This document shows, one piece after another, positions 10,601-18,899 of a stretch of DNA of 64,000 nt. Both the position numbers and the translations under genes were made by a program. Location: positions 8,884 to 72,883 of the IMG/VR virus record IMGVR_UViG_3300046804_005798. The stretch is one strand, 5' to 3'. The notes under the pieces are model-generated. The model was not told where the DNA came from. It did no database searches and worked only from the letters and a program-made list of their open reading frames with translations. The stretch is from a virus. The number at the start of each line of letters is the position of its first letter. The stretch's first letter is position 1.

Positions 10601-12174
10601 GTAATGATACTGTTGCAGTTCTTGGTTTATCTCAAACTTTTACTGGTGCTAATAATTCATTTTCAGGTATAAGTGCTAGTGGTACATTAAGTGCTACTGG
10701 TCTTCTTTCATTAATTGGTTCAGCCACAGCGGCTCATGTATTTGGTAGCAACCAAGGATCAGGAACGTTAACATTTGGTGGATCTGGTGGTACTGGTACA
10801 ATTACTTTTGGTCGTTCTACTGCAACTCAACAAACTGATATTCAAACAGGTGCATCAGGTGTAGGAACCACTAAAACTATTAACTTAGGTACTAATGGTT
10901 TATCAGGTTCCTTTACTCAAATCAACATCGGACCAACTGCTGGTATTGGTACTGTTGTTATTAACTCCGGAACTAGACTTGGTATTGGGTCTGCAGTTCC
11001 AACAGCAGCACTTGATGTAGTAGGGGATGTTAGAGTTTCTGGTATAGTCACGGCAACAACATTTGTAGGTACTTTAACTGGAACCGCAACAACTGCAACA
11101 GCATTACAAAATGCAAGAAACTTTTCAATCACTGGAAATTTTGTAACTGCTTCCGACATATCATTTGATGGAACTGGTAATGTAGCACTTGCTGCAACAA
11201 TCACCCCAGATTCAATTGGACTTGGTACTTATACAAGTGGTGATTATGTAAAAAATATTTCTGGAACATCAAACCAGATTACAGTTACCTCTGGAACTGG
11301 TGAAGGTTCTACACCAACACTCAGCATCCCATCACAATTTACTGCACCACAAGATGTAACAGTTACAAGAGACCTTCAAGTTAATCGTAACTTGAATGTA
11401 ACTGGAAATATTACTCTTGGTGGAACAACAGCATTTATTAATGCTCAAGAACTAAAAGTTTATGACCCAGATCTTGTTCTTGGTGTTAGAACAGATGGTG
11501 GTGGTAATGATATTTCCAATGACACAACGGCAAATCACGGTGGTATTGCTATTGCATCAACAGAGGGTAGTCCATTAGTTCAACTCTATAATCCTGGTAT
11601 TGGAGAATCAACACTTGCCACATATAAGAAAATTATGTGGTTTAAGTCCGGTTCCTTTACTGGTCTCAATACTGATGCTTGGTTAATTAACTATGCTGTT
11701 GGTATTGGTTCAACACAATTCCCAACAGGAACTCGTCTTGCTGCTGGTAATGTTCAATTTACTCAAAATGATTTGGCAGTTGTAAAAAACATTAATGCTT
11801 CCGGTATAGTCACTGCATCAAGTTTTAGTGGTAATGCTTCAAGTGCTACTTATGCCACAACTTCTGGAGCATCAACAGATGTAATTGGTGGTATTGCTTC
11901 AGTAACACAATTGAGTGTTTCTGGAATATCTACACTTGGAGTTACTAGTACTACTATCTTAACAGCACAACAACTCAATGTCTCTGGTGTAGTAACAGCA
12001 ACATCATTTAGTGGTTCTGGAACTAATTTAACAGGTATTGTAACTTCTATTGTTGCTGGAACTAATATTACTATTTCCGGTTCAACTGGACAAGTTACTA
12101 TTAACTCAACTGCTTCTGGTGGAGGTGGTAGTGCAGATGCTCTTGATATTTTAGAAGTGATGTTATTTGCATAA
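7651..12174 (+). CDS. Long modular tail fibre/adhesin
   Basis: G/T/S-rich; ATYASTAGI repeats; shares several modules with the preceding fibre. Confidence 0.8.
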   Translation: MAIKIIGSTIIDDSRNIVNAGIATVTSVSIGNTQVVSSARQLQNIISLDATTTATIESAIANAPNTFTDLSVSGVSTLGVTSATNLTAQQLNVSGVSTLGTVQILSGIVTATSGVVTYYGDGSKLTDIQVSSTSGIATYASTAGIATYSSTSGIATYASTAGIATYSSTSGIATYANDAGVASYAIYAASAGIATYANNAGIATYASTAGIATYASTAGVSTALQNSRTFEITGDVVASQISFDGTGNVSLAATIQPNSVALGTDTTGDYVTNITGTSNQITVTSGTGEGSTPTLSIPNQFTAPQDVTVTRDLQVDRNLNVNGNITIGGTSATIFSSTLNIYDPDIVLGVRTDGSGNDASTDNTANHGGIAIASTEGTPLVSLYDVGVGETNPSTYKKFMWFKSGTFSGLGTDAWISNYAIGIGSTQVPNGVRLAAGGMQVTDTTVSTPQLSVSGVSTFTGTVSFGTSAYFGDNNRAYFGDSNDLEIYHSGTNSFILDNGTGNLVLGTNGDRVSIVKGTGTETLARFNIDDSVELWFNNVKEFETTGYGATVFGTLQTQGLQVNSGVSTVGFLTATNIWNSGITTSSSFVKSGGTSNEFLKADGSVDSSTYLTSYTETDTLDSITTRGNTTTNGISVGILTATSGNFSGIITSSGANVSGITTISVNSPTDAALRITQLGSGNALVVEDETNPDSTPFVIDASGSVGIGTTNPGSKLTVNGAVQIQQDSGSNNRLVFRGQPGSSYRWNIDNYSSSNEFRIFREDDATAANGFSPFSISTTGTLTANKFSGDGSLLTGITASGSGVAIQNQGSNVGTATTINFSTNLTASFSSGTATISLSNNPSISGILTADQVYTSNNGNGQNIRIGDDFWLGDVNVANTTRFSGAQDSTRAFVIFGSSDDVALGRTGTGPLYYGGNFNAAGISTLGITSTTNLTTQQLNVSGIGTFQSSNLKIRNPANTFEYSIVGSAIAANRNLTLPLITSNDTVAVLGLSQTFTGANNSFSGISASGTLSATGLLSLIGSATAAHVFGSNQGSGTLTFGGSGGTGTITFGRSTATQQTDIQTGASGVGTTKTINLGTNGLSGSFTQINIGPTAGIGTVVINSGTRLGIGSAVPTAALDVVGDVRVSGIVTATTFVGTLTGTATTATALQNARNFSITGNFVTASDISFDGTGNVALAATITPDSIGLGTYTSGDYVKNISGTSNQITVTSGTGEGSTPTLSIPSQFTAPQDVTVTRDLQVNRNLNVTGNITLGGTTAFINAQELKVYDPDLVLGVRTDGGGNDISNDTTANHGGIAIASTEGSPLVQLYNPGIGESTLATYKKIMWFKSGSFTGLNTDAWLINYAVGIGSTQFPTGTRLAAGNVQFTQNDLAVVKNINASGIVTASSFSGNASSATYATTSGASTDVIGGIASVTQLSVSGISTLGVTSTTILTAQQLNVSGVVTATSFSGSGTNLTGIVTSIVAGTNITISGSTGQVTINSTASGGGGSADALDILEVMLFA
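8041..8310 (+). repeat. In-frame 27-bp/54-bp tandem repeats (ATYASTAGI)
   Basis: 8041-8094 is repeated exactly at 8095-8148, then degenerate 27-bp units follow. Confidence 0.9.
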
Positions 12175-12198
12175 ATATTCAAAAACTATAAAGATATA

Positions 12199-12606
12199 AT
12201 GGCACTCGCAAAGGCAAATTTAGGATTTCCAGTTGTAGTTTCTGCAGGAACAACAGCAACAGTTTATAGTGTTGGTTCTGCGAAGACGGCATATATTAGA
12301 AGTATTGTAATTTTTAATAGTAATGTTGGAACTGCAAATACTGGACTTTCACAAACAGTTCAAATCTATGCAGTTCCAAATAGTGGTGGTTCTGTAGGAG
12401 TTGCAACAGCAGGAAATAGAATTGGTAGAGTTTCATTAACTGCTGATGATACATTTTTTTACGATTTGCAATATCCAATTACTTTACAAAATACTGGAGA
12501 TAGCATTCAAGTTTTTAATGAGGGTTCATTTGCGTGGTCACTTTCTGGAATTGCGACGGCAACTAATCCAGTAAATGTTATGATATTAGGCGATAGAGAG
12601 GCATAA
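12199..12606 (+). CDS. Small virion beta-sandwich protein (fibre-associated)
   Basis: Follows the fibres behind an ATAAATA late promoter; YPITLQNTGDSIQV motif. Confidence 0.6.
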   Translation: MALAKANLGFPVVVSAGTTATVYSVGSAKTAYIRSIVIFNSNVGTANTGLSQTVQIYAVPNSGGSVGVATAGNRIGRVSLTADDTFFYDLQYPITLQNTGDSIQVFNEGSFAWSLSGIATATNPVNVMILGDREA

Positions 12607-12610
12607 GAAT

Positions 12611-13579
12611 ATGTCTTTTAGAGCTGCTAAGTTTGGATTAAGAACTGCTCTTAGTGATTATATTCTAAGTGGAAAGAGTAAGACACAACACTCACAGAAT
12701 ATCACAAGAGTTTCTGCAGATGGGGGAACGATTTTAACTCCAGGTAATGGATATCGTTATCATATTTTTACCGCACCAGGAACCTTGCGTATAGGTAATG
12801 GTGGAACTCTTGATTATATCGCCGTTGCTGGTGGGGGCGGTGGTGGTGGAACAGGAACACCTCCAACATTTTCTGGAGGTGGTGGAGGAGCAGGTGGATA
12901 TTTAACTAGAAATAATGTAAGTTTTAATGCAGGAACTTATACAATTACTATTGGTGGCGGAGGTGGGGGTAGCACTGGACCAACTACTAAAGGGGTCGCT
13001 GGAACGCCGACGACTATTTCTGGTCCTCCATTATTTACTACATTAACCGCAACTGGCGGTGGAGGTGGAGGAGCTAGTGGTAGTACACCAGGAAGTACTG
13101 GAGGATCTGGAGGGGGAGGTGCATCTCCTCTCGGTGCTGGTGGCTCTGCAACATCAGGACAAGGAAATAATGGCGGATCTGGAGCTCCAACAGCAACTCC
13201 AATTCCATCATCTGCTGGTGGAGGAGGTGGTGCAGGAGGAACTGGAGGAACTGGAACAACAGGAGCAGCTTCAGGTCCTGGAGGTATTGGATTACCAGCA
13301 TTTCAGGGAGATTCTGGAATTCCTCCAGCATATGGAACACCTGGACCAGCATCTGGAAGATATTTTGCTGGTGGTGGAGGAGGAGCATCAAATACTTCTG
13401 GATCTGGAGGGGGAATTGGTGGAGCAGGGGGAGGTGGTGCTGGAGCAGTTTCTCCAACAGCTACTGGTACTCCTGGAACTACAAATACGGGTGGAGGTGG
13501 TGGAGGAGGCGCTGGAGCCCCATCTGGAACAGGCGGCGGCGGTGGTTCTGGTATTGTAATTATCCGATACCTTGTGTAG
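12611..13579 (+). CDS. Glycine-rich receptor-binding-like virion protein
   Basis: YRYHIFT...VAGGGGGG...GGSGIVIIRY polyglycine domain. Confidence 0.75.
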   Translation: MSFRAAKFGLRTALSDYILSGKSKTQHSQNITRVSADGGTILTPGNGYRYHIFTAPGTLRIGNGGTLDYIAVAGGGGGGGTGTPPTFSGGGGGAGGYLTRNNVSFNAGTYTITIGGGGGGSTGPTTKGVAGTPTTISGPPLFTTLTATGGGGGGASGSTPGSTGGSGGGGASPLGAGGSATSGQGNNGGSGAPTATPIPSSAGGGGGAGGTGGTGTTGAASGPGGIGLPAFQGDSGIPPAYGTPGPASGRYFAGGGGGASNTSGSGGGIGGAGGGGAGAVSPTATGTPGTTNTGGGGGGGAGAPSGTGGGGGSGIVIIRYLV

Positions 13580-13630
13580 TGACAAATTAGAATTAGTATA
13601 GTATACTTTTGATATAGTATAAGTTGAAAC

Positions 13631-14251
13631 ATGGCATTTCAGTCAATATGGTATTTTAGTGATATTCCTCAAAAAATTGTAGAAACAATTGAAGAAGATC
13701 TAACAAATACCTTTCAAGATCAAATGGGAGATTCACGATTGATGGGAGATGCTCTCAATCGTGATAAAAGAAATTCAAAGAATGCGTGGATCCCAACAAC
13801 ACATTGGACTGCAGGATTTGTATGGCATTATATTGAACGAGCAAATCGTGAAAATTTTCTTTACGATATTAGAAATATTGATGGTGAATCAATGCAGTTC
13901 ACCCAATATAGTGAAGGAGAATTTTATGGTTGGCATAATGATGCTGGTATTTCCTGTCATTATAAACCAGTAAGTGTTGGTAACCATCACGAAGGAAGGG
14001 CACAAGATTATTTGAATGAAAATCTTGAACTTGTACGAAAACTTTCATTTGTCGTTCAACTTTCAGATCCTGACGATTATGAAGGTGGAAATCTTCAACT
14101 TCTTGCCGAGGATGGTAAGTCTTATTTTGCTCCAAGAAAAAGAGGAACTGTGATTGTTTTTGACTCTAGAACTCAACACCGTGTTCTCAAAGTAACTAAA
14201 GGAATTCGTAAGAGTCTTGTTGGTTGGGTTGTAGGTCCGAGGTGGAAATAA
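13631..14251 (+). CDS. 2OG-Fe(II) oxygenase (prolyl hydroxylase-like)
   Basis: HND...RKLS...YEGG...FDS...HRV...RKSLVGW motifs. Confidence 0.9.
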   Translation: MAFQSIWYFSDIPQKIVETIEEDLTNTFQDQMGDSRLMGDALNRDKRNSKNAWIPTTHWTAGFVWHYIERANRENFLYDIRNIDGESMQFTQYSEGEFYGWHNDAGISCHYKPVSVGNHHEGRAQDYLNENLELVRKLSFVVQLSDPDDYEGGNLQLLAEDGKSYFAPRKRGTVIVFDSRTQHRVLKVTKGIRKSLVGWVVGPRWK

Positions 14252-14252
14252 T

Positions 14253-14972
14253 ATGGCAGAACAAATGACAGAAGAACAACTCTTCTTCCAGGAAAGATTA
14301 AATACTGGAACTTCTTGGACTCGTAATGAGTTTTTTGAAAAAAATGGATATCTTGTGATTAAAAATCTATGGGATTCCCAAGAACTTTATCGGTCAGTTC
14401 CGGAAGAAAGAGGGCAAATAAATTATTGGGGTAAAGGATTAGATCAATTTACCTACACAGAACTGGAAATGCAAGTAGAAGGTTCTCTTGCTTGTTATTG
14501 GCATCCACAATATCGTTCAATTCATTCCAAAATTCGTATTAAATTAGAAAAAGAACTTGGGAGAAAACTTTATAATACTTATTATTATGACCGTTTTTAT
14601 TTTCCGGGACAAGCACTAACAAAACACGCAGATCGTGATGCTTGTGAGATTTCCGTAACAGTTCATATTAGTTCTAATCTCCAAGAACCTTGGCCGATTT
14701 GGATTAAGACTCCAGATACTTATGCAGATAAGAAAAAAACTTTAATTACTCAAAGAGGCGAAAATCGTTCAGTGATTTTAAATGCTGGAGATGGAATGGT
14801 TTATAAAGGATGTGAGAGACCTCATTGGAGAGATCCAATGCCAACTGAATATCAAAGAACTTGGTATGGTAAAAGAGTAGAAAAAGATGGACTTTATTAT
14901 CATCAAATCTTTTTTCATTATGTTCTTGCAGATGGTCAAAGAGTGCAATATGCAAATGATATGGCAAAATAA
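14253..14972 (+). CDS. 2OG-Fe(II) oxygenase-like protein
   Basis: LTKHADRDACEISVT...GDG..YKG....HWR...QIFFHY motifs. Confidence 0.8.
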   Translation: MAEQMTEEQLFFQERLNTGTSWTRNEFFEKNGYLVIKNLWDSQELYRSVPEERGQINYWGKGLDQFTYTELEMQVEGSLACYWHPQYRSIHSKIRIKLEKELGRKLYNTYYYDRFYFPGQALTKHADRDACEISVTVHISSNLQEPWPIWIKTPDTYADKKKTLITQRGENRSVILNAGDGMVYKGCERPHWRDPMPTEYQRTWYGKRVEKDGLYYHQIFFHYVLADGQRVQYANDMAK

Positions 14973-14993
14973 AAAATACTTTTTGACCCCCCC

Positions 14994-15028
14994 TTGACAC
15001 CAGGTTAAGAGGGGTGTTATGATAAATA
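14994..15028 (+). promoter_or_regulatory. psbA promoter: sigma70-type plus overlapping late ATAAATA
   Basis: TTGACA at 14994, TATGAT ~18 nt later, then ATAAATA. Confidence 0.7.
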
Positions 15029-15067
15029 CAACAACGGGTTAAGAAATGTAACAGGTTCTTAACACAA

Positions 15068-15200
15068 GTTCTTGCCGAAAAGGGACGAAACTCCTCACCG
15101 AGACTAGGCAAGTAAAAGATGTCTCTCATATCCTAGACTGAGGGTGTCTAGGAAATAAGTACCTCCACCATTTCCCTGATGGACTTACTTACTTTTAAAC
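15068..15200 (+). ncRNA. Structured psbA 5' leader, PhotoRC-II-like RNA motif
   Basis: Stems CTTGCC/GGCAAG, TCCTAGAC/GTCTAGGA and CCAT/ATGG within TAAGTA/TACTTA; loops AGGG and CCCT are complementary; sits directly upstream of phage psbA. Confidence 0.65.
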
Positions 15201-15206
15201 GTACAA

Positions 15207-17407
15207 ATGACTGCTACACTTTCACAACAAAAACAAACAAATTCCTGGGAACAATTCTGTAACTGGGTAACTTCAACCGATAATAGGTTGTATGTGGGAT
15301 GGTTTGGAGTCCTTATGATTCCTTGCCTACTTGCTGCTACAACTTGTTTCATCATCGCATTCATCGGTGCTCCCCCAGTGGACATTGATGGCATTCGTGA
15401 ACCAGTTGCTGGATCTCTAATGTATGGAAATAACATCATCTCTGGTGCTGTTGTTCCAAGTTCTAACGCCATCGGCCTGCATTCGTAAAGGAGTGCCTTA
15501 TACCAGAAATGGTATAAGCAAATCGGGTGAATTGCTGGAAACCTAACCCAGTGAAAGGATAAAAGTGTATAAATAGTAATATGGAAACCACTTCTATCCT
15601 AATGACTATCTACGAACAGTTTATTGAGTATTGTAAAATTGAAAACTTTGATAGTCAGTACTATGAAAAACACCATATTGTTCCAAGACATTCTGGTGGT
15701 ACTGATGATAAAGAAAATCTAATTTACTTACCTCCACATATTCACACACTCGCACATTATTACCGTTGGTTGTCATTTCAAGAAATAGGTGACAAAGTTG
15801 CTTACGAAATGAGATGGAACCAAAATATGGAAGGTGTGAAACTTCGTTCTCAACTTGCTGTTGAAACTAATAAACAAAAGGGTAATACTTTTTGGAATAG
15901 TGAATGGCAAAGAGAGCAGGGACTAAAAGGTGGAACAAAAGGAGGTTCTGCTAATACTCAAAACCAGTTTATTGCTAGACAAAAAGTTGGTAAAACTTAT
16001 GGAAAGCAAGTTGGTCTTTCAAGGCAAAAAAGTGATTTGGTAGAAATACTGAAACACTCCACATCTTGGAAACACAAAACTGGAAAAACTGTTACTCTTT
16101 TTCCACAAGAAAGTGTGACTAAACTTTGTGAAGAACTCCAAAGTATTGAATACTTTGATATTCCAAACAAAGCACTTATAGGAAAACTTCTTCGTGGTGA
16201 AAAAAAACAACTTTATGGGTGGTCTTTTACTGGTATGGCAATCAGCAGCCAAGACACAGACGATACTTCTGTGTAAGGTTCATCGACTAGTCGGTTTCTC
16301 AAGCGTGAGATGTAATACGACATTAGCGCCCGACACCCTCAATTTAGGGTGATGATATAGTCAGCACCATAAGGAAACTTATGGATTATGCGTTCTACCC
16401 CATCTGGGAAGCTGCTTCCCTAGATGAGTGGCTTTACAACGGTGGTCCTTTCCAACTCGTTGTCTTCCACTTCCTCATCGGCATCTACTGCTATATGGGT
16501 CGTGAATGGGAACTTTCTTACCGTCTAGGTATGCGTCCTTGGATTATGGTTGCTTACAGCGCACCTGTTGCTGCTGCATCTGCGGTATTCCTGGTCTATC
16601 CTTTCGGTCAAGGTTCTTTCTCTGATGCAATGCCTCTGGGTATCTCTGGTACGTTCAACTATATGCTTGTCTTCCAAGCAGAACACAACATTCTGATGCA
16701 CCCCTTCCATATGCTTGGAGTTGCTGGTGTCTTCGGTGGTTCTCTGTTCAGTGCTATGCACGGTTCTCTGGTTACTTCCTCGCTGGTTCGTGAGACCACC
16801 GAGAATGAGTCCCAGAACTATGGTTACAAGTTTGGTCAAGAAGAAGAGACCTACAACATCGTTGCTGCACACGGTTACTTTGGACGCCTTATTTTCCAAT
16901 ATGCTTCCTTCAATAACTCCCGTTCGCTGCACTTCTTCCTTGCTGCTTGGCCTGTAGTTGGAATCTGGTTTGCTGCTCTTGGTGTAAGCACCATGGCATT
17001 CAACCTTAATGGTTTTAACTTTAATCAATCACTTCTATCATCTGATGGTCGTGTGATTAATACCTGGGCTGACATTCTTAACCGAGCAAATCTTGGTTTT
17101 GAAGTAATGCACGAGCGTAGATTTGGGTATTGCGCTCTTTAAATCGGATGAATTGCTGGAAACCCCAAGTGGGCAATCAGCAGCCAAGTCCTAGATACAT
17201 CTAGGAAAGGTTCAGAGACTACCTGAGGAATAAAGTTTCCTTAATAACAGGCACGAGCGTCCGACACCAGAAATGGTGATGATATAGTCCAATCCTGGTA
17301 GTAATACCAGACAACCAAAGGAATAAAAGAATGCCCATAATTTTCCTTTGGACCTTGCATCTGTTGAAGCAACTCCTGTTGCCTTGACTGCACCGACCAT
17401 CGGGTGA
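15207..17407 (+). CDS. psbA: Photosystem II D1, 3 exons: 15207-15482, 16393-17118, 17330-17407 (359 aa)
   Basis: Exons join in frame: ...NAIGLH^FYPIWE... and ...VMHER^[10 protein letters not shown]...; Glu at position 130. Confidence 0.97.
15483..16392 (+). mobile_element. Group I intron 1 in psbA (910 nt, after codon 92)
   Basis: Exon ends in U, intron ends in G; P1 GCAU^UC/GAGUGC with U-G wobble; core elements GAATTGCTGGAA, AATCAGCAGCC, TCATCGACTA, GATATAGTC. Confidence 0.93.
15581..16276 (+). CDS. Intron-encoded HNH homing endonuclease
   Basis: [18 protein letters not shown]....H..AH motif; TATAAATA at 15568-15575. Confidence 0.9.
   Translation: METTSILMTIYEQFIEYCKIENFDSQYYEKHHIVPRHSGGTDDKENLIYLPPHIHTLAHYYRWLSFQEIGDKVAYEMRWNQNMEGVKLRSQLAVETNKQKGNTFWNSEWQREQGLKGGTKGGSANTQNQFIARQKVGKTYGKQVGLSRQKSDLVEILKHSTSWKHKTGKTVTLFPQESVTKLCEELQSIEYFDIPNKALIGKLLRGEKKQLYGWSFTGMAISSQDTDDTSV
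17119..17329 (+). mobile_element. Group I intron 2 in psbA (211 nt, after codon 334, no ORF)
   Basis: P1 GAGCGU^A/UGCGCUC; core GAATTGCTGGAA, AATCAGCAGCC, TCAGAGACTA, GATATAGTCC; terminal G before AAT GCC CAT. Confidence 0.93.
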
Positions 17408-17413
17408 TATAAT

Positions 17414-17443
17414 AAAGGGGAACTCTTCGGAGTTCCTTTTTTT
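17414..17443 (+). terminator. Rho-independent terminator after psbA
   Basis: GGAACTC-TTCG-GAGTTCC followed by T7, immediately followed by late promoter TATAAATA (17443-17450). Confidence 0.9.
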
Positions 17444-17473
17444 ATAAATATTTATGCACGAAAGAAAACACGA

Positions 17474-17902
17474 ATGACTAAACTTTACTCTGAACTTTAT
17501 AGGACTTGTATGACTTGTAGTAAGGAAAAACTTGCTACTGAGTTCTATGTTCGCAATAAAAAAACTGGAGTTCGACATTCATCTTGTAAAGAATGTGATA
17601 AAGCAAGAGTAAAAGCACGGCATCAAGCAAATCCAGAACGCACGAGAAATAATGACTTGAAGAGAAACTATGGTATAACCCTCCAAGAACATCAACAAAT
17701 GTTTGAAGAGCAAAATGGAGTTTGTGCTACTTGTAAAAGTCCTGGTGATGGAAAATGGAAAAAACTTTGTGTAGACCACGACCATAAGACAGGAAAGGTT
17801 AGACAACTTCTTTGTAGGAGATGTAATATGATATTAGGACAAGCATATGATAATATAAGTCTCTTTGAGGAATATATTAAATACCTACAAAAGCACCAAT
17901 AA
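17474..17902 (+). mobile_element. Free-standing endonuclease VII-family homing endonuclease (F-CphI-like)
   Basis: N-terminal CxxC...CxxC; YGIT...Q.GVCATC...LCVDHDH.TG.VR.LLC..CN motif; directly downstream of intron-bearing psbA. Confidence 0.88.
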
Positions 17903-17903
17903 T

Positions 17904-18023
17904 ATGTCTCATAATAATCAACACGAACCTATGCCTAACTGGGTAATCTGGGCAGGTGTAGGTATGATGATATTCACAGTTCTTATATTTGCCATATTCA
18001 CTCTTTCAATGATGTACTTTTAA
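17904..18023 (+). CDS. 39-aa single-pass membrane peptide
   Basis: MSHNNQHEPMPNWVIWAGVGMMIFTVLIFAIFTLSMMYF; fills the gap exactly; below the ORF-track cutoff. Confidence 0.6.
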   Translation: MSHNNQHEPMPNWVIWAGVGMMIFTVLIFAIFTLSMMYF

Positions 18024-18026
18024 CAT

Positions 18027-18101
18027 ATGTTACTCATTCTTACATTCTTCATACTCTTCGGAGTGTTTATGTTTATAATGTCGATTACCCAAGATTTATG
18101 A
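18027..18101 (+). CDS. 24-aa hydrophobic peptide
   Basis: MLLILTFFILFGVFMFIMSITQDL, starting 3 nt after the previous stop. Confidence 0.45.
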   Translation: MLLILTFFILFGVFMFIMSITQDL

Positions 18102-18131
18102 GAAATAAATATTCACAAGTCGCAAGTACTT

Positions 18132-18503
18132 ATGAATATTCTCCAGTCGCCTCAAGACTACTTGTTCAATTTACAGACAACAAGTTCATCAGAAGCAAGA
18201 CGATTATGGAGAAAAAATATAAAAGAAAGTTGGAATCATAAATGCGCTTATTGTAACTCGGAAGAAAATTTGACATTAGATCACGTTGTTCCACAATCAA
18301 AAGGTGGTTTGGATATTACAAGAAATGTAGTATGCTGTTGTCACTCTTGCAATCAATCTAAAGGACATGAATATTGGAAATTGTGGTATGTTCAACAAGA
18401 CTTCTATAATGAAGATAGTTTGAATAAAATAGAAGACTGGATGAAACCACCAAAACCTACGAATCTTTACGTTTATCGTCCAAGAAGGAATAATGCTTCA
18501 TGA
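18132..18503 (+). CDS. HNH endonuclease (McrA-like)
   Basis: CAYC....LTLDHVVPQSKGG....NVV.CC..CN..K motif. Confidence 0.88.
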   Translation: MNILQSPQDYLFNLQTTSSSEARRLWRKNIKESWNHKCAYCNSEENLTLDHVVPQSKGGLDITRNVVCCCHSCNQSKGHEYWKLWYVQQDFYNEDSLNKIEDWMKPPKPTNLYVYRPRRNNAS

Positions 18504-18643
18504 TAGATTCAACAACTCCATATAAATTATCAGAGATCATCAGAGACACTTGGCCTGGTCTTTACACTTCGCCAAAAAAGACTTATAATGACAATCCACC
18601 ATCTACATCAAATGAATCAGATACAAAAACTTCAACAGATTGA
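18500..18643 (+). CDS. 47-aa hypothetical protein
   Basis: MIDSTTPYKLSEIIRDTWPGLY...; ATGA overlap with the HNH gene. Confidence 0.55.
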   Translation: MIDSTTPYKLSEIIRDTWPGLYTSPKKTYNDNPPSTSNESDTKTSTD

Positions 18644-18876
18644 ATATACTGATCATTATTCGGTCTTTGATAAAAATGGTAAAAAAATCTGCGATACTGC
18701 AACAATTCAGGATGCTATGCTAATGGCATCTTTTGTGGAGGGGGAGGACTTATAAACAAGTTAAAATTCTTCTTGACCAAGTTGTAAATGTTCTATCAAC
18801 AAGAATGGAAGATGATAACCAACTTAAAGCACAAAATATTTTGCCAGAAAGAATGGCAGAACCTGTGATCGTATAA
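18612..18876 (+). pseudogene. Hypothetical gene broken by an extra G in a G5 run (18740-18744)
   Basis: Frame 1 stops at 18755; removing one G gives an 87-aa ORF (...FVEGRTYKQVKILLDQ...) filling the gap; promoter TTTACA-N17-TATAAT at 18561-18589. Confidence 0.6.
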
Positions 18877-18899
18877 ATTATCTTATATACTTAACAATT

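Noticed and set aside
3545-12174. Diversity-generating retroelement template/variable repeat pair
   Set aside because: No reverse transcriptase in the window, both copies are coding, and the differences are not adenine-specific as far as I can see.
13059-13632. Glu/Gln-rich and poly-Pro alternative ORFs
   Set aside because: Alternate-frame and antisense read-outs of GGN-rich glycine codons.
16381-17142. ORF-track 253-aa 'MDYAFYP...RRFGYCAL' as a stand-alone truncated D1
   Set aside because: Both ends are intron sequence; it is psbA exon 2.
16525-17578. Long antisense ORFs across psbA and intron 2
   Set aside because: Expected shadows of biased codon usage; no promoter, SD or protein motif.
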